From positions 107,910-171,909 of IMG/VR virus record IMGVR_UViG_3300022745_000018: a stretch of DNA of 64,000 nucleotides. The stretch is one strand, 5' to 3'. A program made the translations under genes and the position numbers. This document shows positions 38,096 through 49,094 of this stretch, one piece after another; position 1 is the first letter of the stretch, and every line of letters starts with the position of its first letter. A model generated the notes under the pieces. The model had not been told where the DNA came from. It made no database searches and saw only the letters and a list, made by a program, of their open reading frames with translations. Source of the DNA: a virus.

Positions 38096-38277
38096 CGGTT
38101 GATAGAATTTCTTTGAGTGATAGTCTATCAGCCGCTCACATCTTACGTTATCACTTCAAGTATGATGGTCAGACAATTGACCAGATGCTGCCATGGGAAA
38201 TGGATGTGGAACTGTCCATGATTCATAGATCATTGAAACAAGAATTAGCTGCTCGTGGTGTTGGTGTAGACGGTTGA
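38086..38277 (+). CDS. 51: gp51-like baseplate assembly protein (start uncertain; in the -1 frame of gp26)
   Basis: HFKY....IDQMLPWEMDV..SM motif; no ATG with RBS ahead of the conserved region. Confidence 0.7.
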   Translation, partial: FRLTVDRISLSDSLSAAHILRYHFKYDGQTIDQMLPWEMDVELSMIHRSLKQELAARGVGVDG

Positions 38278-38375
38278 TAGAGACATCCAGAATCTCACCA
38301 GATCACATCCAGAATTCTGTATGATAGATACCATCGGTACAATTCGTGAGCCTCTAGAACTCATCTAGAAAAAGC

Positions 38376-38409
38376 AAAAAAAAAACGGAGTCAGTTTCCC
38401 AACTCCGTT
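38376..38409 (-). terminator. Intrinsic terminator closing the minus-strand early region
   Basis: AACGGAGT/ACTCCGTT stem with a long U-tract on the minus strand. Confidence 0.8.
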
Positions 38410-38445
38410 AAAGGCCAGTTTTACCTGGCATCGACAACTAACAAC

Positions 38446-39372
38446 TCATTCGTTCGTCAGAACGTAATCCACCATCGATTCAAAGTCTGGGTGCTTCTCA
38501 TATGTTTGAGCGATTCGCACGACTTGAATCAAAGAACGCAGCGACAGATCCTTGACATTGTCCTTGTATTTGTATTTGTATAGAACATCCAGAGCAAGTT
38601 TCTTGATATTCTGATCGGCTTCCGGCATGAAGTCTTGTTCGTAAGCAATCTTGGTCATCCGGATCATCTTCTCTTCAGTTGTCATAGACACATCGATGAC
38701 GATAGACCGAGTACGGAGAGCTTGCGAAAGCTTGCGTTTGTCCATGTTCGTGATAAAGATGATGCCGCCAGTGAATCGGAACGAACGTGGCAGATCATCA
38801 CCGAAGATTGATTCTGCATTCCACGAAACGATACGTTCGTCACAAGAATCGCATACGGCTTTCAGAAGATTGGAAGCAGTTTCGTCGCGGAGAACAGAAT
38901 CACAATCATCGAATAGAAGAATGGAATCTTTGTTTTCGTAGAGAGTGCGATAGAGTGCTTTTGCAGTTGAATGTCCTTTCACTGCACGGAAACGTTTGTG
39001 TGGAAGACGTTCACCTGCATTAAACGATTCGGTGTTAGAAACATCTGTCAGACCAGCAGCTTTCAGTGCTTTTATGACGGTGACTGATTTTCCGAGACCA
39101 CCGGGTCCTGCGATGATGACGGACGGTTGACTCTTATCGGCAACCATCGTAACGAAGTTGGTGATGAATTGGAAGCGGAGGTTGACATCATATTTGTTGG
39201 ATGTCATGTCTTCCTCAAAGCTTTCCTTTGAAGCTTGGACCGTTTCACCGGATCCGTCAATCTGACTTGCTCGCCATGTGATGTACGATTCACGTTTAGA
39301 CGAATAGCGTTTGCCGTTAGGAGCAACGCAGAACCATTCGCCGGTTTTGTTATCAAATTGAACTTTAGCCAT
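38446..39372 (-). CDS. AAA+ family ATPase
   Basis: GPGGLGKS Walker A, LLFDDCD Walker B, IFITN sensor, ALRTRS arginine finger. Confidence 0.85.
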   Translation of the reverse strand: MAKVQFDNKTGEWFCVAPNGKRYSSKRESYITWRASQIDGSGETVQASKESFEEDMTSNKYDVNLRFQFITNFVTMVADKSQPSVIIAGPGGLGKSVTVIKALKAAGLTDVSNTESFNAGERLPHKRFRAVKGHSTAKALYRTLYENKDSILLFDDCDSVLRDETASNLLKAVCDSCDERIVSWNAESIFGDDLPRSFRFTGGIIFITNMDKRKLSQALRTRSIVIDVSMTTEEKMIRMTKIAYEQDFMPEADQNIKKLALDVLYKYKYKDNVKDLSLRSLIQVVRIAQTYEKHPDFESMVDYVLTNE

Positions 39373-39405
39373 TTTGCAATTCCTTGTTTGTTTGTCGATA
39401 GGTGA

Positions 39406-39432
39406 ATTGTATATTGACTATCTTTATGTAGT
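39406..39432 (-). promoter_or_regulatory. Class B promoter cassette
   Basis: ACTACA-N15-TACAAT + TCACCTATCGACAAACAAAC. Confidence 0.75.
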
Positions 39433-39434
39433 TG

Positions 39435-39677
39435 TTATGTTCGATGGTTCCACTTTTCTACGCACTCAGCTTCGGTATCTCCATTCATCTGTGCACCACA
39501 TCCACCATGAATTTCCAAACAATTCATTGTATAGCACCATTGTTCTTTTGGTGCATCTCTAAACGAAACATATTCACGGCCGTTAGAGTTCTCGATCCAA
39601 CCGACACCCGAAGGATGCAGGGTGTCTCTGTCGGTCATGTCGTCTGGTTCTTTACCGCAGAATGGGCAATTTTTCAT
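39435..39677 (-). CDS. Lar-like (restriction alleviation) zinc-finger protein
   Basis: MKNCPFCG...C....GCGA...E.WNHR pattern. Confidence 0.65.
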   Translation of the reverse strand: MKNCPFCGKEPDDMTDRDTLHPSGVGWIENSNGREYVSFRDAPKEQWCYTMNCLEIHGGCGAQMNGDTEAECVEKWNHRT

Positions 39678-40033
39678 TTCAGCAGAATCTTTGCGTTGTT
39701 TGCAACTGCACCGCATGTAATTGCATTGGCGATCAAGCGGCTCTCATCGTTCACTTTGTCTGATGCTAGAGCCCAAGCGATCGCGGCTTTAAATGCAACG
39801 AAAACACCAAAGCCGTGAGACATCAAACCTTTCATTAGAGGATTACCCTCTACACCAACTCCAGAAGAAATTGCTAATTTGGTGGTGATCACGTCAGCTG
39901 CTTGGCATCCAACTGCAGCTTCTTTGCTACCGCCAATTCTAACAACTGATTGAGTTAGTGTTTCGTTTGGTGGTACACTCCCACAGCCAAACAAGAATAG
40001 GGATAGTAAGATGACTGTGATAACTTTTTTCAT
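39674..40033 (-). CDS. Putative lipoprotein
   Basis: MKKVITVILLSLFLFGC signal peptide II and lipobox. Confidence 0.6.
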   Translation of the reverse strand: MKKVITVILLSLFLFGCGSVPPNETLTQSVVRIGGSKEAAVGCQAADVITTKLAISSGVGVEGNPLMKGLMSHGFGVFVAFKAAIAWALASDKVNDESRLIANAITCGAVANNAKILLK

Positions 40034-40059
40034 TTGATGCCTCCGATCACGAAATTTAA

Positions 40060-40488
40060 TCAGTCTCGTAGCCAAACATTCCAGTTATCACCATCGTCAT
40101 CGTCCTCATCGTATTCTGAAGAATCATCAATGTAGATTTCATTCCCAAATTCGATTTTACTGGCTCGGACAAGTTCAAAGTCTTCCTTGAATTCGTAGAC
40201 GGTCCCATATGAATTTAGATCACCAAAATCATCGCATGCATCCCATTCTTTCAAATCATCGAACAAGATGCAGCCAATGGAACCAGAATCAACTGCGAAA
40301 CGAATCCCCAAATTTGATACATAGAGTCCATCACCGTTTTGTGTAGAAACCATCGCGAATTTGCGACCATCCGGCAATTCATATTCATTGTTTTCATTCT
40401 GCTTGAGGAAGAACGTCCCATGAACAGCATCCCACCCGGTAGGGAAAACATAACAGAGATCACCAACGAAATATTTACCAGCTTTCAT
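40060..40488 (-). CDS. Conserved phage hypothetical protein
   Basis: GKYFVGDLCYV...T.NGDGLY...VDSGSIGC motif, acidic tail. Confidence 0.7.
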   Translation of the reverse strand: MKAGKYFVGDLCYVFPTGWDAVHGTFFLKQNENNEYELPDGRKFAMVSTQNGDGLYVSNLGIRFAVDSGSIGCILFDDLKEWDACDDFGDLNSYGTVYEFKEDFELVRASKIEFGNEIYIDDSSEYDEDDDDGDNWNVWLRD

Positions 40489-40490
40489 TT

Positions 40491-41214
40491 TCAGACTCCT
40501 TTGGAAAAATCAACGGGCGAAACTTCAATTCTTGGCGTCTGATTGACGATCTTCACCAATGCTTCTATTTTAGTATCAGAGGCATAGAAGTTGGTCCAAC
40601 TATCGAACATCTCATCATCAAGTTGAGCTTCAAATTCTTGCTGACGTAAGATGGTCGCTTTTTCTTTGTTCGTGTACTTGACGCCATGAATGAATTCTGC
40701 GAAAGTGAACTGATCTTGTTCATGCTTCTTGATTTCCGCAATTACTTTATGTGAGAATTTGAATAGACGAACATTCATCAAATCATCAACATACATCCAA
40801 CCACCGAACTTACTCTTGTTGGAACCAGCACACACTTTCCATCCGTGGTTGTGACATTTCTTGTCATAGTACGGTTTGCCGAAAACATCAACGATTTCAT
40901 ACCAGTAATGACCGCGGTAGTTGACGACACAGCGAATGTATTTACCAGCCTTGAGAGTTTTTTGCGTTACTGGTTTCAAGTATTTTGGTTTAGACATTTT
41001 GAACTCCTTGGGAAACCTTCAAGCAATCTTCGCATGAACACGGAATGACTTCCGCTTTGATTGCTGCACGCATTTCTGACTCGGTATCAAATCCGCGAGT
41101 GTGTACGACTTCGTCGCTGAAACGAAACCCGCGAGGTAGATTCAAGATGATTGAACCCGGCTCGTCTGTATCAACATCACGAGCGAAATTCAGTTTGTAC
41201 TTTGGGGCTTTCAT
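40491..41214 (-). CDS. Two hypothetical early proteins (40491..40997, 40990..41214)
   Basis: Coupled ORFs directly downstream of a class B promoter. Confidence 0.65.
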
Positions 41215-41241
41215 AATTCAATCCTTGTTGTCGATGATTGA

Positions 41242-41268
41242 ATTATATTTAGTCTTAGATTATGTAGT
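41242..41268 (-). promoter_or_regulatory. Class B promoter cassette
   Basis: ACTACA-N15-TATAAT + TCAATCATCGACAAC. Confidence 0.75.
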
Positions 41269-43531
41269 TGTTTGAGGAGCCGCCTTCACCATCGCCATGT
41301 AAATGATTGTAGCTCGTGTACCTTTGGATGGTACTGAATCAAGATTCTTCATTTCCGGCTCTTCTTTCAACCAATCTGGAATTTGACGGCCGCAAAGGCG
41401 AAGGTGCTCAAAGAGATTTCGTGGAGTCTTCTTGCCACCGCCTTCGTACATGTCCATCCACATGACGATGTCTCTAGCAAGCCCACCCCATCGTTCTTCG
41501 GTTGGGGCGATCGGTACGAGTTTCATTTCATTAGACATTTTGGTGTATATCCGTTCTTCAGTTTGCCGGTTGTTTTATCGATGTTTTCGTGAATTCCTAG
41601 AATGTCACTTCTAAATGTCTTTGAATCAGAATTCAATAGACCTTCAAGATCTAACTTGGAACCATTGCAATGGCATGCTTCGATGGCCATCATTAGTCCC
41701 AATTTACTGATACTTGATACATACTCACGGCAGTTCCTATCCACTATTTTGTTGATAATCACTGCTTCCACCTCGGTTGCTTCAAAACGAACTGTCATTC
41801 TAATCACTTCCCGAGTACTTTTGGTTCGGCTGCTTTCTCAAAATCGTCGTGTAATTTGTTCACTATACCAGCGATCGCTTCTTGTCTACCGAGTTTTCGC
41901 GCACCACGAACGGTGTTTGTAATATATTCACCGAAGTTTTCGTTCGTCAAATTGAACGTATCCCAACCACACCATGTACGAGCTTTTTCTAGACTCTCTT
42001 GAGCCCAACTCATAACAGAGATCATGTTCATGTTGATCTCAGATGCAGTTTTGTGCTGTTGAATGGATTGGATGATCGAGTGATAGATGTCACAGAGTTT
42101 TGGATTTGTCGCAGCTTTTTCGCCATCAAGAGCAACCGCGATCTCTTTCACCATTCGATCGATGTCTTCTGCTTTATACCAACGTCCTTCACTGATTTCG
42201 TCAAGTTCATCACTACGAATATCTACAGCGAACTTAAGCAGCTGTTCTTCAGTCATGACATAGATCGGTTGTCCACCCACAAGTTGTGACTTTGGTGCAT
42301 GTTTAAGATAGTCTGTCATTTCAGTTCCTTATTTTCTATTTGTGCTGCTGAATGTTTTGATCTGATGGCATCAACCAAATCAGCAGCGGCAGCAAGCTTC
42401 TTTAGATTCCGTTCACGAAGTTTTCTTTCAATTGCATTGAGATTGTCTCGCATGAAATCGATTGTCGGTAGTTCGCTGTTGTCTTGAGCTTCACCATCAT
42501 CCATGTATGGCTTGTTTGCCGTCGCCACACAGAGCATTCTACGAAGACGTTTCTCTCGAGCAACTTGATCGGCCATCAGAATTTCTAATTTTTCGATAGC
42601 ATCAGCTGCTTCACGGACAAGAGCAACATTGAATTCATAGCTGGGTTGAGCAACTTTACCACCTAGATCTTGCAGAAACACGACATCGTACTCGCAAGAT
42701 TTGAGAGCATCCACCACAACACCAATCAGTTTTTCTGCTTCTTTCATTCCAGTTCCTTCAATTGTTTTTCCAACGAAACGATCAATTCACCATATCGTTT
42801 CACTTCATCGTTAGCCTTTTGGAGACACCGTGCAGCAACACCACGTTGTTCTTGAAGTGAATAGATTTCCGCGGCTTTAATCGGATCATCTGCAATAATG
42901 ACTGAAATCGGGACGTACATTGAATTGGACGAATAACAACCGCGAACGAAGTACGAAGTATCAATAAGAACTTCATTGTCACCGATTTCAATGGCAACTA
43001 CAGTATCACTACAGATACGTGGTTCACCGAGAGCACGCAAGACATCATCAATTCTGTTAATCCACTCACCGATATCAGGATATCTGTATTTGGCTACTTG
43101 ATCTGCTGCCTCTCTAGTCAGTTCGTATAAAGTTTTAGTTTCTGATGTCATTTTGATCCCCGAGCAGAGAGTGAATAACCATGACCGTCTTTAGTCAGAC
43201 CAGATGATGACATCAGCCACCCAGCCTCTCGCAAAATCAGCACAACTTCTGGCAATACTTTACGCTCAAGACGAACAAACAATTTGCATCTGGAAAGGCA
43301 TTCTTGAATTTGGTCGACTTGGGTTCTAATAAGTGCGTCGTAAAATTCTTTGGGGCTGATGATTTTCGTTGGAGATTCTTTTGTTGTAGACTCTCCACGA
43401 GCTGACTCTACACCCGCCTTAAATGCATCACAATACAAATCATCAAGTACTTGTAATTGAATGATGGCTGTGTTTACATTAGCTATCTCAGCTTGAGCTG
43501 CTAAGATACGATCAATTCTTTCTTGACTCAT
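41260..43531 (-). CDS. Run of six small hypothetical early genes (41260..41538, 41523..41807, 41804..42319, 42316..42747, 42744..43151, 43148..43531)
   Basis: Mostly ATGA-overlapping ORFs; 41523..41807 is paralogous to 62247..62567. Confidence 0.65.
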
Positions 43532-43556
43532 TTCGTACTTTCGTTGACATGAATGA

Positions 43557-43583
43557 ATTTTATTTCATTCATCAACATGTGGT
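43557..43583 (-). promoter_or_regulatory. Class B promoter cassette
   Basis: ACCACA-N15-TAAAAT-TCA. Confidence 0.7.
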
Positions 43584-44887
43584 TGAATCTCACCACTCTT
43601 AAACTTGTCTATGCGCCGATCCAATTCAGCATCAATATGATCTTTCAGCGCCGCCAACAAATCAAACTTTGCCAATTGGAGGCTTCTTTCGGTGACTGTA
43701 ATGGCAAAGCTGATCTCATCCGTCCACGAATCGTCGGTGCCAATTAGCATATATGTTCGCATCAAACCTCAACCCATTTTTCATTCACCACTTTGCGAGC
43801 AACGACTCTACACACATCAACGATTTCTGGAGAAGACTCTTCAGATGAGATTCTGTGTGTGATTTTCCGGTGCTCGTTAGTTGGTTTGTGAAGCACTACA
43901 GTTTCACCTCTTCGTTCCCTACCAACATTGCTGTAATGAAACCAGGGACCTTCGTTGACGATTTCAATGGAATCTGACTCAGCCTCGTAAAGAGTGACGA
44001 TGTCGTCTTCTGCAATATCAGAATGAGTCACTTCTTGATTGTTGGTGAATCCGTTCTTCTTCAAGAACTCATCAATAACTCTTGAAGCAAAAACATCGGC
44101 AAATTCTCGAATACCGCACATCCCAGAGTCAATTAGTTCTATTTCCTCTGGTGTTAGATGGATGAATTTAGTCATAGTCATTTAGCGATCTGATGATGGC
44201 GAGGAATGTACCGCGAGTGAGTGCCACTGCTTGAGCACTAGGACGAGTCTCAAAGAACTTTGATGCATCGCCCAATTCGCGTTGTTGTAGTTCCGTTAAG
44301 CGATTTATTAGAGGCCAATAATCCACAATTGCGGTGAATGAACCATCATCGTTCTTCTCGACTTTAACCACCGGTACACTAGTGGATCTGGTTATCATAC
44401 CATCTTCATATCTACATTCTACCCATATTTCTGGTAAATTTTCGGAATCAACGATGCGTAAAACCGCAGAATCTGCGATTTGTTTGACGAGTTCGTGGTG
44501 CTTAAATTCCCAAAACTCAGCTCGTTCTTTCCAGAAATCAGTTTGAGATTGCGGTTTCTTGCTCTTGATCTGCTCGAGTTCTTCAAGTTCGTCTTCGATC
44601 CTAGCAGCTAACAAGAATCCTTCTCGTTTCTTTGGTTGTGCCTCTAAATTGCAAAACTCCAGAATGGCATTCTTTGCCGAAGTTAATGCATCGATGATCG
44701 TCTCGATTTTTGGACCATCCCCGTTAACATCATCGGTAATGACTTTATTGATTTTACCGCGGCTGATATTCGCTTGGGATTTCACAAAGTCAAATGCACC
44801 ATCCAACCCAGTGTTTTTGCAATGAGCACTATCTGCTTCATTGATCCAAAGTAGAGTTTCTGTTAATAGATCTATATTGAGTTTCAT
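43565..44887 (-). CDS. Three hypothetical early genes (43565..43765, 43762..44181, 44168..44887)
   Basis: Coupled ORFs; start of the last reassigned to the ATG at 44887. Confidence 0.6.
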
Positions 44888-45228
44888 TTGAATCCGATCA
44901 TGAAGTGATATGCGAGAATTAGACATGTCAGGTGTACTGCTTGATCAACACCAATAACAACGAAAAACCAATGGCGCTCATTTGATAACTAGAGCTTCTT
45001 AGATACACGGCTAGTGCACCAGTCTGTGATGAAATGCAGTACCATATTGACCAGAGCAAAAGTCAATCCAGCCCACAGAAAGCATAGACTATAGAGTGCT
45101 ACATGTAAAGAGAGCGCTTGGTTGTCGGAACTTTTCGCTAAAGCGATCTCATCAGACTGAAGAATGAAGTCTGCAAACCAATGAACCCAAACCAACAGCA
45201 TCAAGACAATGATGGCATTCACTTGCAT
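44884..45228 (-). pseudogene. DUF3307-like membrane protein with in-frame amber codon
   Basis: HWFADFILQ...H...HFITD...KKL-TAG-LSNERHWFFVVIGVDQAVH; the frame continues to a TGA overlapping the next ATG. Confidence 0.7.
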
Positions 45229-45461
45229 CCATCCTCGATCGTGCTAGCCAAGCGAAGGCTAGCATAGTAAGCTTGACTTGAACACTGCTTAACGACTTCC
45301 GCCCAATCGCTCTGTCCGGTAACCACTGGTCCAGTCGGTACGGCTTTCAAGCATTCATTGAACTGTTCTCGACGTAGGCATTGATCAACAACAGTGACAT
45401 TTTGGTTTACATTGCATGCTGAGAGCAGTGCAGCGACCAAGATGATGAGGATAGTTTTCAT
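45219..45461 (-). CDS. Putative lipoprotein
   Basis: MKTILIILVAALLSAC lipobox, Cys-rich mature part. Confidence 0.65.
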   Translation of the reverse strand: MKTILIILVAALLSACNVNQNVTVVDQCLRREQFNECLKAVPTGPVVTGQSDWAEVVKQCSSQAYYASLRLASTIEDGCK

Positions 45462-45962
45462 TCTGAATTCTCTTTCTTGACAATGACGAGATCTTTGTTC
45501 TTCGCCCAAACACATTCATTCATGATGATGCCATTAGAGACGGTGCCTTCAGATAGAATGCGAAATAGACTTTTGACGGTGATCTCAAATTCAACACCAC
45601 GCGGATCCATGACTCTGAACAATTTGTTGCCTCTTTCACGGCTCACTGTGTTAACTAATTTGAACCCAGACAGAGGAACGTTGTCCCAAATTCGCGGTGC
45701 ATACTTCGGATCCAATGGTCTTTCCCAGACTACCTTCGGTGTTGTATACCAGCCATCGGTACACTTTGACCACCATTCACCGTTTTCTTTTTGCCAGACT
45801 TTAAAAGCTGACCTGCCGTAAGCCCAATCCGTCTGAGTCTTTTTTACGGTTTGCATCAGAAGACTGCTTCGGCTGATGCGGATGCAGAAAACCCAAATCG
45901 ACGTCATGAGACCATTGAGCTTTTCGCACAACAACGAAGAGTTGTTTCGGAATTGCAGCCAT
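45458..45962 (-). CDS. Hypothetical phage protein frameshifted at an A6 run (45840-45845)
   Basis: MAAIPKQLFVV...LGFLHPH...DANRK starts at a TGATG overlap; removing one A joins it to KTQTDWAY...DNVPLSGF...DPRGVEFEI. Confidence 0.65.
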
Positions 45963-46222
45963 CACGCTACCCAGCGGTTAACGACGTTCTTCTTGACGCC
46001 ATGAGTCTTGAACAGGCCATTGCGACCAACCAAATTGGTGCAATAGTACCCACGATTGACGCGCTTACGAACATTCTTTCCACGAGTGAAATCGTAGACG
46101 GTTTCAAACTCGTCGTAATTGCGGCCATTGAGTTCAACAATGAATCGTTGAATTTCACCAAAAGAGCGACCGTAGAGACCACCTTCTTTAATGAAACCGA
46201 GAATTTGTTTAGTCTTTGTCAT
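45962..46222 (-). CDS. Basic hypothetical protein
   Basis: First gene after a class B promoter. Confidence 0.65.
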   Translation of the reverse strand: MTKTKQILGFIKEGGLYGRSFGEIQRFIVELNGRNYDEFETVYDFTRGKNVRKRVNRGYYCTNLVGRNGLFKTHGVKKNVVNRWVA

Positions 46223-46246
46223 GAGGATTTCCTTTCAATTTGAGTT

Positions 46247-46273
46247 ATTCTATATCCGTGACGATCATGTGGT
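46247..46273 (-). promoter_or_regulatory. Class B promoter cassette
   Basis: ACCACA-N15-TAGAAT. Confidence 0.7.
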
Positions 46274-49094
46274 TATTTTAGACTCCAAAGTATCCAGGAT
46301 GTTATCAATGGCTCTTAGTGCACTACCGTCACCACCATTGTACCATTGAGCATGCCGTTCCCATATACAGGTCTTCTTGACTTCTTTCATGATAGATGCC
46401 GCGGATGGTTCTTCGTTCCGAATGAGTTCAACGAATTTCACCAAACTATCTAAAGAGAACACCGCCTCACCGCAGACTTCGCCGCCACCAGCTCTTACCA
46501 AATCAACGATTCTATCGGCATCCATTTTATGCTTTTTCATGTCGTTCCTTGATGTAGTCGATCACTGCGTTCAGAGCAGATGATCTGACAGCCAATTCAC
46601 CAATCTGTTGCTCGAATACTGGCGGCAATCTCGTGTCATTCATTTCAGCCATTAACAATTCAGCTTCTATCATTGAGATACACCGAATGATTAAGAGGGC
46701 TTCAGATGGCTCATCACTTTCTTTTCTTGACTGTTTCGACCGAGTGGATATAAATCCTTCAAGAGCTTCTTTACTCCAAGCACCAATCCAGCCATCTGGT
46801 GTATCTACCATCCATCGCACGATGCAATTAGTTGAACCAGCGTCATTTGGTGGATAGATCTCAAATTCCGAGTTTTGTGATTTCGCGATGTGTTGGCGCT
46901 CACGGATGAAAGCCATCACGTCTCGTAATGTATCGCCATCAGCTTCAAACATCAAAGCCGTTCTGGCATCATTAGACATTCTATCAAGTAGAGATTGTAA
47001 TCTCGAAACCAATTCATGTTCATGTGTCATGTTAGTATCCTTTGAAATAAGATTCAGGTCATCATCGAAGAAAATCTTCAGAGCATCGGCGATCCGCTGT
47101 ACCTCAAGAGCATCAAATGATTTCCAAGGGCCTAGGGATGGTATTTCACGCCGCACAGCTTCGTACACGGTCTGTGCCATAGCTGCTCGTAGAGTAACGT
47201 TGATTACGACGTTATTCATGATAACGCTCTGGTGTAGGTGACCCTAACGCACAGGCTAGATTATACCAAAAGTCCCATCCCTCTTTGGTACCAATCCAAG
47301 CAGTGAAGTTCCAAACTGCAGCTGTTGGAGTCGCGTACTTAACGTAAGTTATTGCCTGATCCGCCATCGATTTGGAAACGTCTTCGCTCAACCCAAGTTC
47401 TTGGAGATGTTCGATGTATTCTGCTTCAGTCATTCTCATCCTTCTCTAGTGATTTCATGTGTATGTTGGTCAAGAAACGGGTTCAACTTTTCCTGCAACT
47501 TTTTGATGTGTCTTTCTTGAGCTTCGACCAATTCCCAGACGCTACTTACTTGATAGTAGTTAAACAAATCCAAGAAACGTTTGGCTTCACGCAAATGGTT
47601 AGCACTGATAGCATCGTAGATCATCAAATCTTCGGGTGTCGCCTCTAAAGACGGTAATGGAGTTACACGAGGTGGTTTGTCAGCCTCACAATCAAGATCT
47701 TTCCTGAATATTGTGGTTGGTTTGCACTGCCCTTGTCTGTTTGGATTGTCTTTTGAATATTTTGGAGGTGTACCGTCGTACTCAAATGCAGACCAATCAA
47801 AACGATGCTCCCCAATTGTTTTCTGTTCGTTCATGATAAGCTTCCTCAGAATCCAGTAAATTCAAGAAGTTCATTAAATTCTTGTTCACTCAAGTAAACA
47901 TCCTTTGTCATGTAATTCGTATCCTCACCATCTGTTTCGTGAAACTTACGGACCTCTTGTGGTTTCATTACACAATGCGTGCCGTCCAAACTGATGCGTA
48001 CATATTGCTTACGTGGATTGCCATGTTTATCAAACATCAATCCATTTGATTGGCAGATTTGTTCATTCATGATTCAGATTCTCTATTCGTTCAATTGAGG
48101 ATTACACGGTCATGCAAGTACGGTAACCGTGTATTCAAGTTTGGAGTCATCGAGCCCTAGCGAGACCTTATTGGCGGGGATTCCGTGCTCACGGAGATAC
48201 TTAATCACATATTCGTCTGATCCAACCTCGACTCCATAAGAGAGGCCATATAAGCATCTATCGCAATGAGCATCCGCTTGCTCTTGAGAGTAAGGGACTC
48301 TATAACGATTCGGTCCTATTTGTTCAATGATGCTCATTTGGTGCCTCTTGCACGAATGATGTTGATTAGATTTCCTTCTGGGTTGATTATGTTCAATTGA
48401 ATTAAGTGGTTTATCACCGCATCGCGTTCTCTCAGCACGGCGGCTGCTAGTTGGTCGGTGGTGTAGATTTTTGCGTCTGTCGTGATTGCGACATAACCCA
48501 AAAAGGTAGTTATATGAACGCCGATGTCGTTGACGTGCGACCAGCCAAAGTTAGCCACTGGCTCCCCACTCCCCGCAAGAAGCTCTGCTCGGTAGTCGTC
48601 TCGCATGAGTTGGGCGAAGGTTTGCAATTGATCTTCGTCGGTAGTCCAATACGGATCAGCAATCTCCAGAATGTTGGTGCAGTCACCAAATGCAATGTTT
48701 GCAAATTCAATTACTTTTTGTTTATCCATCGCTTTTCTCCCCAATTTTGCACTCAAATACTTTCTCACCAACATAGAATGTCCCCAGTTTTTCGCAGTCT
48801 TCAACAACTGCACCGCGAGCGTATGCCCAGCTAAACACCCACACCACGGTAGCGATAACCGTGGCGGCTAAAGTTGCCAATACGATCCCCAGTGTGTCTT
48901 TATCCATGATTCAGTTCCTTCAAATCTTCTTTTGTCGTTTGTCTGATAGCATGCGCCCTACCATGAAGCACCTCCATAGCATCTCTAAAACGATACCAAA
49001 ACGAAAACGCACAGTCCGCTAACGCGGGTTCCCAGTGTTTTCCATCTAGAGACGAAGAAATTGGACTTTGAATTAAGTCTTTAACGGTCAGCAT
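46265..49094 (-). CDS. Run of small hypothetical genes (46265..46540, 46527..47219, 47212..47439, 47436..47834, 47846..48070, 48110..48337, 48334..48729, 48722..48907, 48900..49094)
   Basis: Tightly packed ORFs on the early strand. Confidence 0.6.

Noticed and set aside
44989-44991. Genome-wide TAG reassignment (alternative genetic code)
   Set aside because: Core genes are intact in the standard code and only one interrupting TAG was found
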